Source: Mobula hypostoma (taxonomy: Eukaryota). From it: DNA of 64,000 bases. The DNA lies in contig NC_086097.1 of NCBI RefSeq assembly GCF_963921235.1, positions 166,100,001-166,164,000 on the forward strand, given 5' to 3'. The translations under genes and the position numbers were made by a program. Position 1 is the stretch's first letter, and each line of letters starts with the position of its first letter. The notes beneath the pieces are model-generated. The model searched no databases and was not told where the DNA came from. It saw only the letters and a program-made list of their open reading frames with translations. Shown one piece after another: positions 13,283-25,994 of this stretch.

Positions 13283-13489
13283 ACACATCAAAGTTGCTGG
13301 TGAACGCAGCAGGCTAGGCAGCATCTCTAGGAAGAGGTACAGTTGACGTTTCAGGCCAAGACTCTTCGTCAGGACTTGAAACGTCGACTGTACCTCTTCC
13401 TAGAGATGCTGCCTGGCCTGCTGCGTTCACCAGCAAATTTGATGTGTGTTGCTTGAATTTCCAGCATCTGCAGAATTCCTCTTGTTTAC
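13283..13489. mobile_element. Penelope pseudo-LTR-derived palindromic mini-element
   Basis: ~70-bp inverted arms (ACATCAAAGTTGCTGGTGAACGCAGCAGG...GTACAGT / ACTGTAC...CCTGCTGCGTTCACCAGCAAATTTGATGT). Sequence matches the pLTR at 44640-44777. TSD GCACCCAGCGC (13272-13282) / GCACCCGGCAC (13490-13500). Confidence 0.85.
13341..13376 (-). ncRNA. Minimal type I hammerhead ribozyme motif
   Basis: Minus strand AGTC-CTGACGA-AGAGTCTTGGCCT-GAAAC-GTC-AACT. Core intact; stems I and II slightly mismatched. Confidence 0.65.
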
Positions 13490-14299
13490 GCACCCGGCAC
13501 GTCTTTAAGAAAAAAGCCAAAATAAACAAACTAATTAATTAGGTGCCGCCCGGCCAGATCAGAGGAGATTGCCGACTGCGTAGAGCAAGTGCCCAGTATC
13601 AGTCCATGGCCTGGAGGTTGGAGACCACTGGTCTATAGTCTAATTATGTCCTGGTTATAGCAGACCAATGTACATTCTGCCTGAAAGAAGCAGATTAAAT
13701 TCTTTTCACCTAATCTTCAGTCATCTACCAAACAATGGAAGATGTCATCAGTGCTGTCAAGCAGATCTTACTATTAGTCTTCTTGTCTCTATCCATTTTG
13801 GGTGTTTCCAGGACCACTTACCTCTAGATCCATTGGCAGTCTGTGTCCAGACACAGAAGTGTTGAATTCCAGTGGTGAGGTGAGAATGGTTATTGTTGCT
13901 GTCCAGACGCATGTAACCAAGTTCTTGGACATAGCTGCATTATTCTTTAGAGCAGTAACAAAACTAAAACTATAGAAATACAATGTAAACATATAATTAT
14001 CACTTGGCTTGAGAAAAACCGAAGCAGTTTTGTCAATGTTAGATTATTTATAACATTCTTTTCCGGTGAGCATTGCATCAGCAAACAGAGATTGTTAATT
14101 ACAGATCAGTATGCCAAAGGCTTTTTTGGACACATTGTTAGTGAATATTGATGCAGATTAGTTCAGCTATTTTGTTCAGTAAGTATCCCGGGCTTTGTTT
14201 ACAGCGCTTGTTAGCTGGACAACTATATTTTTGTATGCATCCGACTGCCTGAGTTATAGCAATAAGGTATAGATTTACTGTCCTTTGTCTTTACTACAT

Positions 14300-14766
14300 C
14301 CTGGGATGGCAGGACTTTCATATGATGAGAGACTGGATCAACTAGGCTTATACTCGTTGGAATTTAGAAGATTGAGGAGGGATCTTATTGAAACGTATAA
14401 AATTCTAAAGGGATTGGACAGGCTAGATGCAGGAAGATTGTTCCCGATGTTGGGGAAGTCCAGAACGAGGGGTCACAGTTTGAGGATAAAGGGGAAGCCT
14501 TTTAGGACCGAGATTAGGAAAAACTTCTTCACACAGAGAGTGGTGAATCTGTGGAATTCTCTGCCACAGGAAACAGTTGAGGCCAGTTCATTGGCTATAT
14601 TTAAGAGGGAGTTAGATCCCTTGTGGCTAAAGGGATCAGGGGGTATGGAGGGAAGGCTGGTACACGGTTCTGAGTTGGATGATCAGCCATGATCACAGTG
14701 AATGGTGGTGCAGGCTCGAAGGGCCGAATGGCCTACTCCTGCACCTATTTTCTATGTTTCTATGTT
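14300..14766 (+). mobile_element. Young 5'-truncated CR1 LINE
   Basis: PGMAGLSYDERLDQLGLYSLEFRRLRRDLIETYKILKG...FFTQRVVNLWNSLP. Tail TTCTATGTTTCTATGTT. TSD TACAT at 14295-14299 and 14767-14771. Confidence 0.93.
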
Positions 14767-14970
14767 TACATTGACTGGTATTTTGGGCAATAACGCTTAA
14801 AGATACTATCAGAGTAAAAGAAGTGGCATCAATGACTCAGAGATAATTTAAAGTAACACAAGAACTAAATGAACTTAGCACCAGGAATCTGCTTAATATT
14901 GACTGTAAGGTGCAGGATGTTTTCAACATTTCGAGGCCATTTAGAAAAATATATAATTAATGGAACTAAT

Positions 14971-15366
14971 CGGAGGGGCTGGTCGGAGGCTCGAAGTTTT
15001 CGGACGGACTTAGAGTCTGCTGGGGTCGGGTGCTTCCAATGTATCGGCAGTTGTCGGCACCTGGAGGTTTATGGCAGGGAGAGTTTCTCCCTTTTGCCGC
15101 CTACTATCGGGACTATTGGGAGTCGATCGGAAATTTGAGGCTTTTTTTTTACCGTGCCCATGGTCTGCTCTTTATCAATTTATGGTATTGCTTTGCACTG
15201 CCGTAACTATATGTTATAATTATGTGGTCTTGTCAGTGTTAGTCTTTGGTTTGTCCTGTTTTTTTTTGTGATATCACTCTGGAGGAACATTGTATCATTT
15301 CTTAATGCACGTATTTCTAAATGACAATAAACAAGGACTGAGTGTCCTCATAATCTAATCTAATCT
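14971..15366 (+). mobile_element. 5'-truncated copy of a non-coding retroposon with a (TAATC)n tail
   Basis: Reverse-complement match to 46853-47260. Ends GTGTCCTCATAATCTAATCTAATCT. Confidence 0.8.
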
Positions 15367-16236
15367 ATTCCACTGTACAGAATGCCATTAGCCTATTAGT
15401 CTTAAATTGACTGAATAGCTTTTAGTTTGAATGGTCATCTCATTGAATCTGCCTTTGATGAAAGATTTGAGCAATGGTATATGATGTGCTGATGAAATGA
15501 CTTGTAATGCCTTTTGATTTCTACTCAACATTTGGGTTTTGCTCTACTTCCTGACCAGGGAAAGATTTGTGGAAGAAATAGTGGTTCACAGGGAACCATT
15601 TGGAAGTCAATTTTGAGGACTCTTTCTGGCATTAACAGGGCAGTAATGACCTCAAAATGGAGTGGGTAGTTATCCCAACCAGTTCCCAATGGTGATGGAA
15701 CTGGTTTCATTTAAAAAAAGGCTCAGTGCCAGATGTTGATTCCCATCCTACCCTGTTCGGTTTCAAGCCAAATGCTCCTTTTTATAGCTCTTTGATATAA
15801 ATGCAACAGTAAATAATCACTTAAGCTGTGAAATGGTTGGAGCCTCCACTTTATTGCCTCCAAATCAGAAAGACTGCAGTGGTTCAAGAAGGTGGCTCTC
15901 CACAACCTACATAAGAGAAATTAGACTTGGGCATGGAACGCTATACTTGCCAGAAACACCCACAACCCAAAAAATTAATAGCTAATAAAAAACAAACCTA
16001 CAGAATGAAAGGTCCAGATAAGAGGTCCAGTACAAGTGATTCAAGCACAAGAAAGTCTCAAATTATTTTTGGAATAGTAACTTATGGAAATAAAATAAGG
16101 CAAATGCAGCCCTGATGCAGGTTCTCAACCTGGAACATGGACAATTCCTTCAACCCCACTCCCTCTCCAACTGTGTGACAATATTGAGTGTACCTATTCT
16201 AGAGACAAAAATTTAAGTCAAGACGTTAAACCTTAT

Positions 16237-16880
16237 CAAAGTTCAAAGTAAATTTATTATAAATGTACATATATGTCACCATATAGAGCCCTGAAATTCA
16301 ATTTCTTTTGGATATGCTCAATAAATCTATAGAATAATAACCAAAACAGAAACAATAAAAGGCCGCCCAACTTAGGCATTCAACCAGAGTGCAGAAGACA
16401 ACAAACTGTGCAAATACACAAAGACAGAAATAAATAATAGACAATAAATATTGAGAACATGAGATGAAGAGTCCTTGAAAGTAGGTTCATTGGATTTGGG
16501 ATTATTTCAATGAGGGGGCAAGTGAAGTTATGTGAAATTATCTCCTATGGTTCAAGTGTCTGATGGTTGAGGGGCAGCAACTGCTCTTGATCCTGTTCAT
16601 GTGAATCCTGAGGCCCCTGTACTTTCTTCCTGATTGCAGCAGCAATAAGAAAGCATTCCCTGGGGGGGTGGGGGTACCTGATATGGCTGTTGATTTCCTG
16701 CGGCATTGTTTCATGTAGGTGTGCTTGTTGGTGGGGGGGGGGGGGAATTACCATGATGGAATGGACTACACCCACTACTTTTTGTAGGATTTTCCATTCA
16801 AGGACATTGGTGTTTCCAAACTAAGCTGTGACTCAGCCAGTAAATATACTTGCCTCTACACATCTATAGAAGTTTGTCTA
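16237..16880 (-). mobile_element. Rex1/Babar LINE 3' end
   Basis: Same tail as 6938 (AAAGTTCAAAGTAAATTTATT...ATATGTCACCATAT) and the same downstream body as 7700-8090. Confidence 0.8.
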
Positions 16881-16918
16881 CTGGTACGTCACTTTAGGGA
16901 GATTATCCTGCATTAACA

Positions 16919-17115
16919 TACACTCAGGGGCCACTTAATTAGGTACATCTGTACACCTGCTCATTGATGCAAGCATCTAATCAATCTATCCTGAGGCAGC
17001 AACTCAATGCATAAAAGCCTGCAGATGTGGTCAAGAAGTTCGGTTGTTGTTTAGACCAAATGTCAGAATGGGGAAGAAATGTGATCTAAGTGACTTTGAC
17101 CATAGCATGATTGAT
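16919..17115 (+). mobile_element. Tc1/mariner-like DNA transposon 5' fragment
   Basis: TA + CACTCAGGGGCCACTTAATTAGGTAC matches the TIR at 37149. Internal AGAATGGGGAAGAAATGTGATCTAAGTGACTTTG (MGKKCDLSDF) matches 37550-37585 in reverse. Confidence 0.75.
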
Positions 17116-20100
17116 CGTAAGAGTGATAGGATCATGACAAATTCTTTAGTCGCCTGAGGAAGCAGAGGCATTTTGGCCAAGCCCTAGGAATTTGAAGCTC
17201 TCAGCACACCTCAATCTCAACACTGTTGATGGAGCATGTGCTCCACCCTTCTTCCTGAAGTCAATAACCAGCTCTTAATGGGCTAGCAGTCAGCTCCATA
17301 GACAGAGTTTGTTTGCAAAGCTGTGTTTTCAAATTCAAGCTGATTACTACTTGCCAATTATATTTTAAGAACTGTAGATTGGCTCTTGATTATGACCAGA
17401 AGCTAGCCAGCTGTTAGTTGGAAGTTTACTTACAATCGTTTGATCTTATAAGTAGCAACCGCTGTGTTTTGAAAGTAATGCTAGGCAAAACATGAGGCTC
17501 CCTGGCTCAGGAAGCAAATATCCAACATATCTTCATGGAGTCAGGTGTATGCCAAAGGGCCTTGAGAAAGCAAATAAAGTCACATATAACCCCTCCAGAC
17601 TTTCCCCAATCCACAATTGCAATTTCAGCCTCAAATTATTTAGCCAGTGGGTGGTTAATCTGTGGAATTCATTGCCATAGATTGCTGTGGAGACCAAGTC
17701 ATTGAGTTTATTTAAAGTGGAGGTTGATGGGTTCTTGATTAGTAAGAGTGTCAAAGGTTACAGGGAGAAGGCAGGAAAATGGAGTTGAGAGCGAAAATAA
17801 ATCAGCCATGATCGAATTCAGGAACAGAATTGAAGGGCCAAAAAGCTTAATTCTGCTCCTATATGTTATGGTCTTATCTAGAGCAGCAACTGTGGCTTTA
17901 TTTTCAGGCTTCTGGTTGGTGAGCTCTAGGCAGGTATCTCTGGTATTCTGAATCCTACCTGGTGGAACTAAAATGAAGTGAATGCTGTCCTGATGCACGG
18001 TCTCGACCCAAACTATCGACAATTCATTTTCACCCACAGATGCTTCAACTGCAGAATTCCTCCAGCAGACACTTTTTGACAAAAGGGGACTCCAATCAAT
18101 GTACCCCAAAGGTTAAAATCTGTCCTTTGATTGGATTGTGGGATCGGTCACTCTCTTGATACTCCCCATTTCTCTCCCACCTTCTCTGCCACTGAAAACT
18201 TGATTTCTCTCTTTTGCCCAGCTCTGATGAAGGGGCTCATTAATTATGTTACTTTTTCCACAGATCCTACTGCATAGACTCCCAAACTGCATGACCTTTT
18301 AAGATTCAGATCTTCCAAGAAAGACAAGATATCTATATTATTCTGGGATGGAATTAGTCATGCTGTAAGTATGTGTATTTAAGCAAAACAAGTGTTCATT
18401 ACATTCTATAGCCACAGTATGTGGCTAGTTAGATTTACATGAATGGGGCTAAAATATTTGTTTACTTCTTCATTCACACCACACTCTTACTTCAGAGATA
18501 ACTTTACTTCCAAGCTTTGAATTTTGAGAATCATCTCACACAATACACGACTAAAGCAAATTTGAAAGTTTGTGAAAATGGTTTGTTGAACTGGCAACAT
18601 AATACCAGTTTTTTAAAAAATTAGGTAACTTTACAGTTCTTAACAAGAATTAAATGCCTGGCTGAATCTTATACGTGTTAGAAGATCTACAGTCTGCAGA
18701 TGTAAAAGCATAATTAAAAATAAGTAACACAATGCCTTTCTTAAACACACTAGCAGGTGTTAAATATGAAATGTGCAGTTTTTGTGTATAGAATAACATT
18801 TCACAATCATTGGTTAAAATAATTGAATTTTTGTGTGTAAAGTAATCCATCCAATGAGTCATTATAGGCAGTGGTTCAGCAGAATATGTAATACTCTAAT
18901 CAACATTAAATATTACATCAATATTTTGGCTCTATGCCAAACTTTCTGTAAACTCCTGATGGGATATATCTTCAAAAATAGTTATTATTTCAGTCTGTAT
19001 TTTCCAACCAAAACTATGCAATTAATTATATGGAGCTTTACTGATGGGCACATAAAATTGGCCAGCACCGTTTAGGTTTGGTTGGGAATTTCTAGCGAAA
19101 TTAAGAACATATTCACAGAGGCAGCTTGTTAACTAATCAGGAACTGAGTATGAGAGTACTTCCTATATTGCTGGAATCATTGGTCTAGTTACTTCATAAA
19201 CAACCTGATGAGCACCCAGCCCCAAGAGTTCTATCCCCTTTTTGGTTGTTCCAAATAATTTGTATTTATAAAAGGAGGAATTCTGTAGGAAAGCTTGCCT
19301 GATTCAGAACTCCATAATTATTGCAGAAACATACCATTTTTGATAAGGTAGGAGTGAATCAAAATGTACAGAACTACTGTTTGTCTGCTTCCAATTTAAG
19401 GTTTGCTTGGTAATTCAGATTTATATGTATTTTCCACATTTAGCTAGCAATAACTTGCAGTAGGTTCAACACATTGTAGATTAATGACAGTGCAACCAAC
19501 TAGAATATAAACATCTAACTAAATGTTGTGGGAGTTTGCTATCTAGACATTTTGAATAGTTCATATACCAGCTAAGCAGAGGCATTACTGGGCGAATCTG
19601 TAATGTCTTCAATAGTGTGTGAAAATAACTGGATGAAACTATAATTTAAGTCTTGCTTTTGACACATAATGAAAGCGCTTGCATTTATAAAGGGAAGGCA
19701 AATAGAAAAAAGTTGCTGATGCTGCAAATTGAAGTAAGGACCAGAAATGGAGACAAAAGAGACTGAAAATGCTGAAATCTGGAGCAACACTCAAAGTGCT
19801 GGAAGAACACAAGGGGTCAGGCACCATCCATGAAAGGAAATGAGCAGTTGCAGTTTTGTACCGAGACACAAAACATTGACTGAGTCATTTTCTTCCAAAG
19901 ATGCTGCCTGACCTGTTGAATTACTCGTAGCGCTTTGTGTGTTGATAAAGATGAGAAATGCTGGAAACACTCAATGGGTCAGGCAGCATCTGTGGGAGGA
20001 AGTCAGAGTCATTGAGTTATACAGTATAGGCATAGAAGCTTTGGCCCAACTTGTCCATACCAACCAAGTTGTCCACCTGAGCGAGTCCTATTTCCCCATG

Positions 20101-20370
20101 TTTGGCCCACATCCCTCTGAACCTTTCTTATTAAAAGGGAGAAATGTTTCAGATCAAATTTCCTCAGTCATTTCCAGCAGTTTTTGTTTTTTTGTTACAT
20201 ACCTATAACTTTATTTTTCATCTCACCGGGAGGTTCAGCTGTTGATTCACTTTTGAACTATCGCTTTGTTGGCTAACTTTGATAATAACTTGAATGTAAC
20301 ACTGCTTTCAGAAAATGCATTAAGATAAGTAATCAATTCGAATGTTTTGCAACATTACTTGAAAGAATAA

Positions 20371-20445
20371 TATTGGTCAGGGTTCTGACAAAGCCTATTC
20401 TCTTCTTCAAAAAATGCCACATTATCTTTTACACTAATCTGAAAA
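20371..20445 (-). mobile_element. DeuSINE (SacSINE1-like) Deu-domain remnant
   Basis: TATTGGTCAGG...CTCTTCTTCAAAAAATGCCACATTATCTTTTACAC resembles the reverse complement of the Deu-domain core as recalled. Confidence 0.5.
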
Positions 20446-23400
20446 AGTGCAATATAACCCAGGAAAACAGAACTTTGTAGTAGATTTCTAGGCTGATCGC
20501 TCGGTCATTAAGAGGAGTCAAAGGAGATAAGCAAGACAGAAAGGAGGAGTGATTTAGAAAGGGAATTCCAGTGTAAACACAGCCAACAATGGAGATATAT
20601 ACTGAGGAATACTTCAACACAAGAACAGGAGCAGAGGGGTAATGACATAGATTAAAATCAAACTAAAGAGAGTTAACTCAGATGCAGTATATAATAATAA
20701 GTATTACAGTAAGTATATAGTAAAGAAAGAGAATTGTTAATTAGATAAACTAAAAGATAGCATGAAAAGAGATTAATGGCAATAAGCGAATTGTAAAATA
20801 TGTGAAGAGATTAACAATTAGAGTGTGTGAACCAGTACTAAGTATCTTCAATTCCCCGCACTTGGGAATTATCGATTGAAAGTGGGACATCTGTAATTCA
20901 AAAGCGCAGGAGTGTAAGAAGCTGCATAGAGTAGTGGATTGTGCTCAATGCATCATGGCCACATCCCTCCTCACCATCTGTAGTATCTGTAGGAGGTGCT
21001 ACCTCAAGAAGGCAGAATCCATCATCCATGCTGAGTCATCTTCCCACTGCTACCATTGAGCAACAGGTACAGAAACCTCAAGTCCCACGCAAAGCATTGG
21101 TTCTTTTATTTTTCAAATTCTGTTTATTCTTCAGAAATATTAGTTTAATTTATGTTTTCCAGAAAATACTGCATATTTATCGCTATGCGCCAGTGGTGCT
21201 GTGCTGATGCAGATAAGTTTTTCATTGTACCTGTGCTTGCATGTATTTGTGCATAGAACAATAAACTTAACTTTGATTTTGACTGTCTGGAGGCCAAGAG
21301 GTCTTGCTGACAAACCTCAGCCAAACCATTAACTGCTGCTGGAGGACATTCCTGCATGATGTGGTATTCTAGTGAGGTGATGGCTGATCATATGACCTTT
21401 GGTCATGTGGCATGGCCTCCCTGTTGCTTTTTCCTTTATATCGATGGAGTCACCTAACTTGGCTTCTGGCTTTTGCAGACTGTTTTGTGCACAATGTTTT
21501 CAGAAACTTGGTAACTGCCCTCGAGCAGCTGCGGGGAATTAAATTATACTTAAGTTCTCCAGCTTTTGATAACCGTTCCCAGGGAAAACAGTATTAGAAA
21601 TTAAGGGGTATAGATTTAAGTTGAGAGGGGCAACTGGAGGGTCAACAACTTCAAGATGGGTATATGGTATTTGCTGCTAGTGGACCTGGTTGAGGCAGGC
21701 ACAGTAACAACATTTAAAAGGACAAGTACATGCAAAAAAATGTTTAGAGGAATACAGGTAAAATATGGGCACATGGGACTAGCTTAGATGGGTGTCTCAG
21801 GATTCAAATTTATTTGTCATGTGTACATCAAACCATGCAGTGAAATGCATCATTTGTGTTAACAAACAACATACCCAAGGGTGTGCTGGGAGCAGATCAC
21901 ACACATGGTTGGAATTGACCATTTGGGCTGAAGGGCCTGTATTTCTTTACAGTTTGTACTATATTTCCCCATGACTCTATGACTCTGGTGGAAGTTTGTT
22001 ATTGTAGAGAGGCTAGGGGTGGACTCAGAATACCTCCATGCTTCCTTGCATTGGTGACTGCCTGGTGCAACTGAACAGGACGTGTCTGGCAAACATCCCC
22101 CTGGAAATGTGCAGACTGCCCTATAAATCACAAGGTCCTAATATTCACCTAGTTACAAGGCTGTGTCTGATTTAGGAGGCAACTAATACTTGGGATACAA
22201 CTGGAATCCAAAATGTAATGTGGTGGGCAAGGGTAGAGGGATCCAGTTGTCATAGGGGACAGATGGGGGGAGGTGAGGAGCTAAAGGAAATTCTTTACAG
22301 TTGTTTACAGACAGGGACAACTACTTTGATTGGTAACCTCAATTAAAATCTTTGAACTTACAGCTGATGATGGGCTGTTGGTAACTCCAGGACATGAGAG
22401 TAAATAAAAGGGATATTCAGGAATTACTGTTCACATAGGAGAGCGGTAAAGATCTATCAGTCTCTATTATTCTATCAACAGATCTATCAACTTTCTGTGT
22501 CTTATAGCAGAATGCTAATATTTACCGAGTTGAGCTTAAGCCCTTTAGTACTGTTTAAGTGCAATATAACTCAGGGAAACTGAACTTTAGAAGCAATTAA
22601 ACGGCTCATTAAAATAGAGCTGCTGTCAATCTGCTGCACTGAATATAGTGGGCTACAACAGGTCAATGTCCCCCTTTTAAGCAAGAGTGGCTTGACTCAT
22701 GCCTGCCAGAATAGGGGGCCAGTCACAGGTTTGTGAGGTAAGGAGAGGCAGAGGCAGCCTCCCCCAACCACTAAGCCCTCCACCCCTGACTCAATAAACA
22801 TCTGGAAACTCATGTATCTTGAGAGGTTATGTACCCAGACAGGTGGTTGCATTGCACATACTCCATCCTTATAACGAGGGACTCTCGAAAAATGGTCAAA
22901 TTTATGAACATACTGAATAGAAGCAGGAGTAATCCACTCGACCCCTTGAGTCTGCTTCAACATTCAGTGGATTGTTCCTGACCTGAATTCCTGTCATCGA
23001 AAAATCATATGATGTAGGAGGTCTTGGAGCAATAACCAACAGGTTGAGCAGCATCTGTGGGAAGAAAGGAACTGTCAACATTATTGGTTCTGTCCTGATG
23101 CCTGATGCAGGGTTTCAGCCCAAGATGTTAACAATTCCTTTCCTCCCACAATTGGTCATTGAGTCCCTCCAGCAGATTATTTGTTACTCCAGATTTCAGG
23201 GTCTTTATTCTCTTGTGTCTCTAACAGAGCGAGTCCTGGCTGGCATATAGAATGTCTTCCTATTCTGAAGTGTTCCATTAGCTGGAAAGCAGAAAATAAT
23301 ATAAACAGTGAAGAAACAGCAGGACAAAAAGCTAGCTGTTTGAAATTGACCCTCTCTATTATTTGTAGCAAAAGGAAATAAATAGCTCAAATTTCACAAC

Positions 23401-23655
23401 CTCAGGCAAAAGGTGTCAGTTAGTCCCTCAAACTCAGTTTGCCTCAAAAATTCTTAATTTCAGACAGTAAAAATATTTTGTGTGTCGTCACTGAAGACAT
23501 TTATTTTCAAAGACAATTTTTAGCCAGATTTTGAAGCAGATATTATTACATTGGTAGTTAAAAATGTTATCAATGCTTGCATTTTTCTTTTGGTAAAATT
23601 GGAATACTGGATCATCCAGTTATATGAACATTCCAAATAAGCCATTTCTAACCAA

Positions 23656-23874
23656 CACAAAATACTGAAGGAACTCAGCAAGTCAAGCAGCATCTATGGT
23701 GGGAATGAACCGTCGACTGCCCCCTCCCTTTCCATTCTTGATGAAGGGTCTGGAACTAACACATTGACTGTTCATTCCCCTCCCTAGATGCTGCCTGACT
23801 TGCTGAGTTCCTCCGGCATTTTCTGTGCTTGTTGCTTAAGTTTTCTAGCATCTGCAGAACCTCTTGTGTTTATT
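23656..23874. mobile_element. Penelope pseudo-LTR-derived palindromic mini-element (older subfamily)
   Basis: Inverted arms GGAACTCAGCAAGTCAAGCAGCATCTA / TAGATGCTGCCTGACTTGCTGAGTTCC around a degenerate hammerhead (TTGATGAAGGGTCT). Perfect 12-bp TSD ATTTCTAACCAA at 23644-23655 and 23875-23886. Confidence 0.85.
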
Positions 23875-25480
23875 ATTTCTAACCAAGCTGTTTCGATGTG
23901 CAGAGTATGAAGAAGACCAGATAGTTCCATTTGTGCTAAGATAGAGATCTCAGTGAGACAATAATTGACCCATTGCTAAATCTTCAGGCCAGCTTCCATG
24001 CATTCCCATCACAAGGACTCATCGTAAAGTACTGTAAGTTCTGTTTGAGGCAATAATGTGTAAACTCTCCATGTAAGTTAAAGTGGTTACGGTGAGCTTC
24101 CATTATTTCATCAACGCAAAAATGTAAAGCTGAACTTGCAAGTGATCAATAAAATGAAAGTTTCACTGATGTTAAGGTCATAACAGTTTTTGCACTATTC
24201 AAAGTACTATTCTTTAATAAATTTGATTTATAATTAACTTTTACCTTGCCATAAATATGTGCCATTGTCATCCCAGATCATTTGCTCTTCAGTCTGCCGT
24301 TGATTTCTAACATGGATTATCTGTTGCTTTCTAGACAGCATTGCATGAGCTAAGTGATTGCAGGAAGAGATGGCGCTCGCTAATCAACATTAGACATGCA
24401 TTGTAAAGCCATACACTTTATTTTACTCATTAAACTGACAGCAAAGGGAATTCATCATTTTAGTTTGCTTTTAATGAATATACTGCTGGTTTTTACTCAG
24501 GTCGTAAAGTTGTTCTCAGAGACATTACTGTTCAGTGGCTTCATTGTTTACCAGATTTTCTTTGAGAAAATAAGTTAATCATTAAAGTCGATTTGGCCAG
24601 CTTTTTATTGAGGGATCAAGGTGCCGAGCATGTTCAAGAGGAGCTGGCTTTCGTGCTGCTTTGATCTTATCAATATTACAGTACCATGGTTTTGTGCAAC
24701 GTAATAACATTTTTATGTAGAAGGTATTATTCTTGGTTGTGGCCGCCTTATCCTGAACCAAGCATAATGTTTCAAGATAAGAAGGTTGAATTGTGCCCAA
24801 CATACTGTAGGTAGGTTACCTCAGTAGTACAAGGCCACTGGGGACTGGAAGATCAGACCAGGTAGCTGATTATTCGTCCTGTTTTTTGTTTCCACACCTG
24901 AGTTATCCAGTTACCCGTCATAAGTTATCTAGTAACATGGAGAGCTCATTGTTGAATCTGGCCTGGGCTTTGACATTTTTTGTTGGATCTGTTATTCTGA
25001 ATTCGCTGACATTTTATTCTGAATTCAGGGCCATAGGTGCCTATAACAGAAGCTTCCTACTCAGTTTAACAGCTGCCATCTGCCAAGGACATCAAGCTCC
25101 TAGAACATGAGTGGTGAGATGGGGTGGGGGTGCTAGGGAAGGGTGTAATTAAACAGACTGTTCTCCTAATCCACTGTCATTGCTGCAAATGGTAAATTAA
25201 TCGAGAAGCAAGCAACTACAGATGTTAGAAAGCTGCTATAAAAACATGAATGCTTGGCAACTCAGGAGAAAACCTCAGGTCCATGAACATTCATCAGAAT
25301 GGTAAATTAGTCCTTGCCTATCCTGACAGTTTTGATGGCATTTTATTAATATGTCTTCCATGGTTTGAGTTTCACAGAATTGAGCCAATATCTTCAGCTG
25401 ACAATGTGAGTCATTATTGCTCAATCCTCTAATGCTTTTGTGTTCTCCCTAGACTGTAATGAATGTTCATGAAGTATGAC

Positions 25481-25645
25481 TGTGGCTCAGTGCTGGCACA
25501 ATTGCTTCAAAGCTAAAAGTTGTGGATTCAAATCCCATTCCAGTAACTTGAACACAGGTTCCAGGTTGACCCTCCACTGCAGAACTGACTAAATACTTCA
25601 CTTTCAATTGAAGTCCTTTCTGCTTTTCTGGATATCTGTAAAGTA
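25481..25645 (+). mobile_element. tRNA-derived SINE head, SacSINE1/DeuSINE-like
   Basis: A-box-like TGGCTCAGTGCTGG and B-box-like GGATTCAAATCCC, followed by TCCAGTAACTTGAACAC...AGGTTGACCCTCCACTGCAGAACTGA as recalled for SacSINE1. Confidence 0.6.
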
Positions 25646-25994
25646 TTTGGGAGACTGGGTTAGTGCCTTTAGCTGAGGGTGAATGAGAATAAATATCAAG
25701 GCATGTTTTCTGCTAGAGGTGTAAGTTTATTTCCTTCCTTGGCCTTCATGGTAAAACAACCTCATGTAACTTCTGTGCCAAGATTGAAACAACCTGTTTA
25801 TCTGACCACACCTCTTAGTTAATGAAAATTTATGGCTTCAGATTTCAAATTATTCTTTCAATCATACTTAAATTGTTTTCTTCAGTGGTTGAGTGGAGAC
25901 TTGATAGAAATGTTTAAAATTCTGAGAATCATAGACAGGGTAGATAGTCAGAATCTCTTTCCTAGGGTAGAAATGTCAAATATTATTTCTGTTC

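Larger units (their letters stand above)
13197..13630. mobile_element. hAT (Charlie-like) MITE containing a nested Penelope-derived hairpin insertion
   Basis: TIRs CAGCAGTCCCCAACCTCCAGGCCAC ... TGGCCTGGAGGTTGGAGACCACTG. Degenerate 8-bp flanks ACCTACAG / GTCTATAG. Confidence 0.8.

Noticed and set aside
25481..25545. tRNA gene
   Set aside because: A/B boxes are present but no cloverleaf, and the sequence continues into SINE body.
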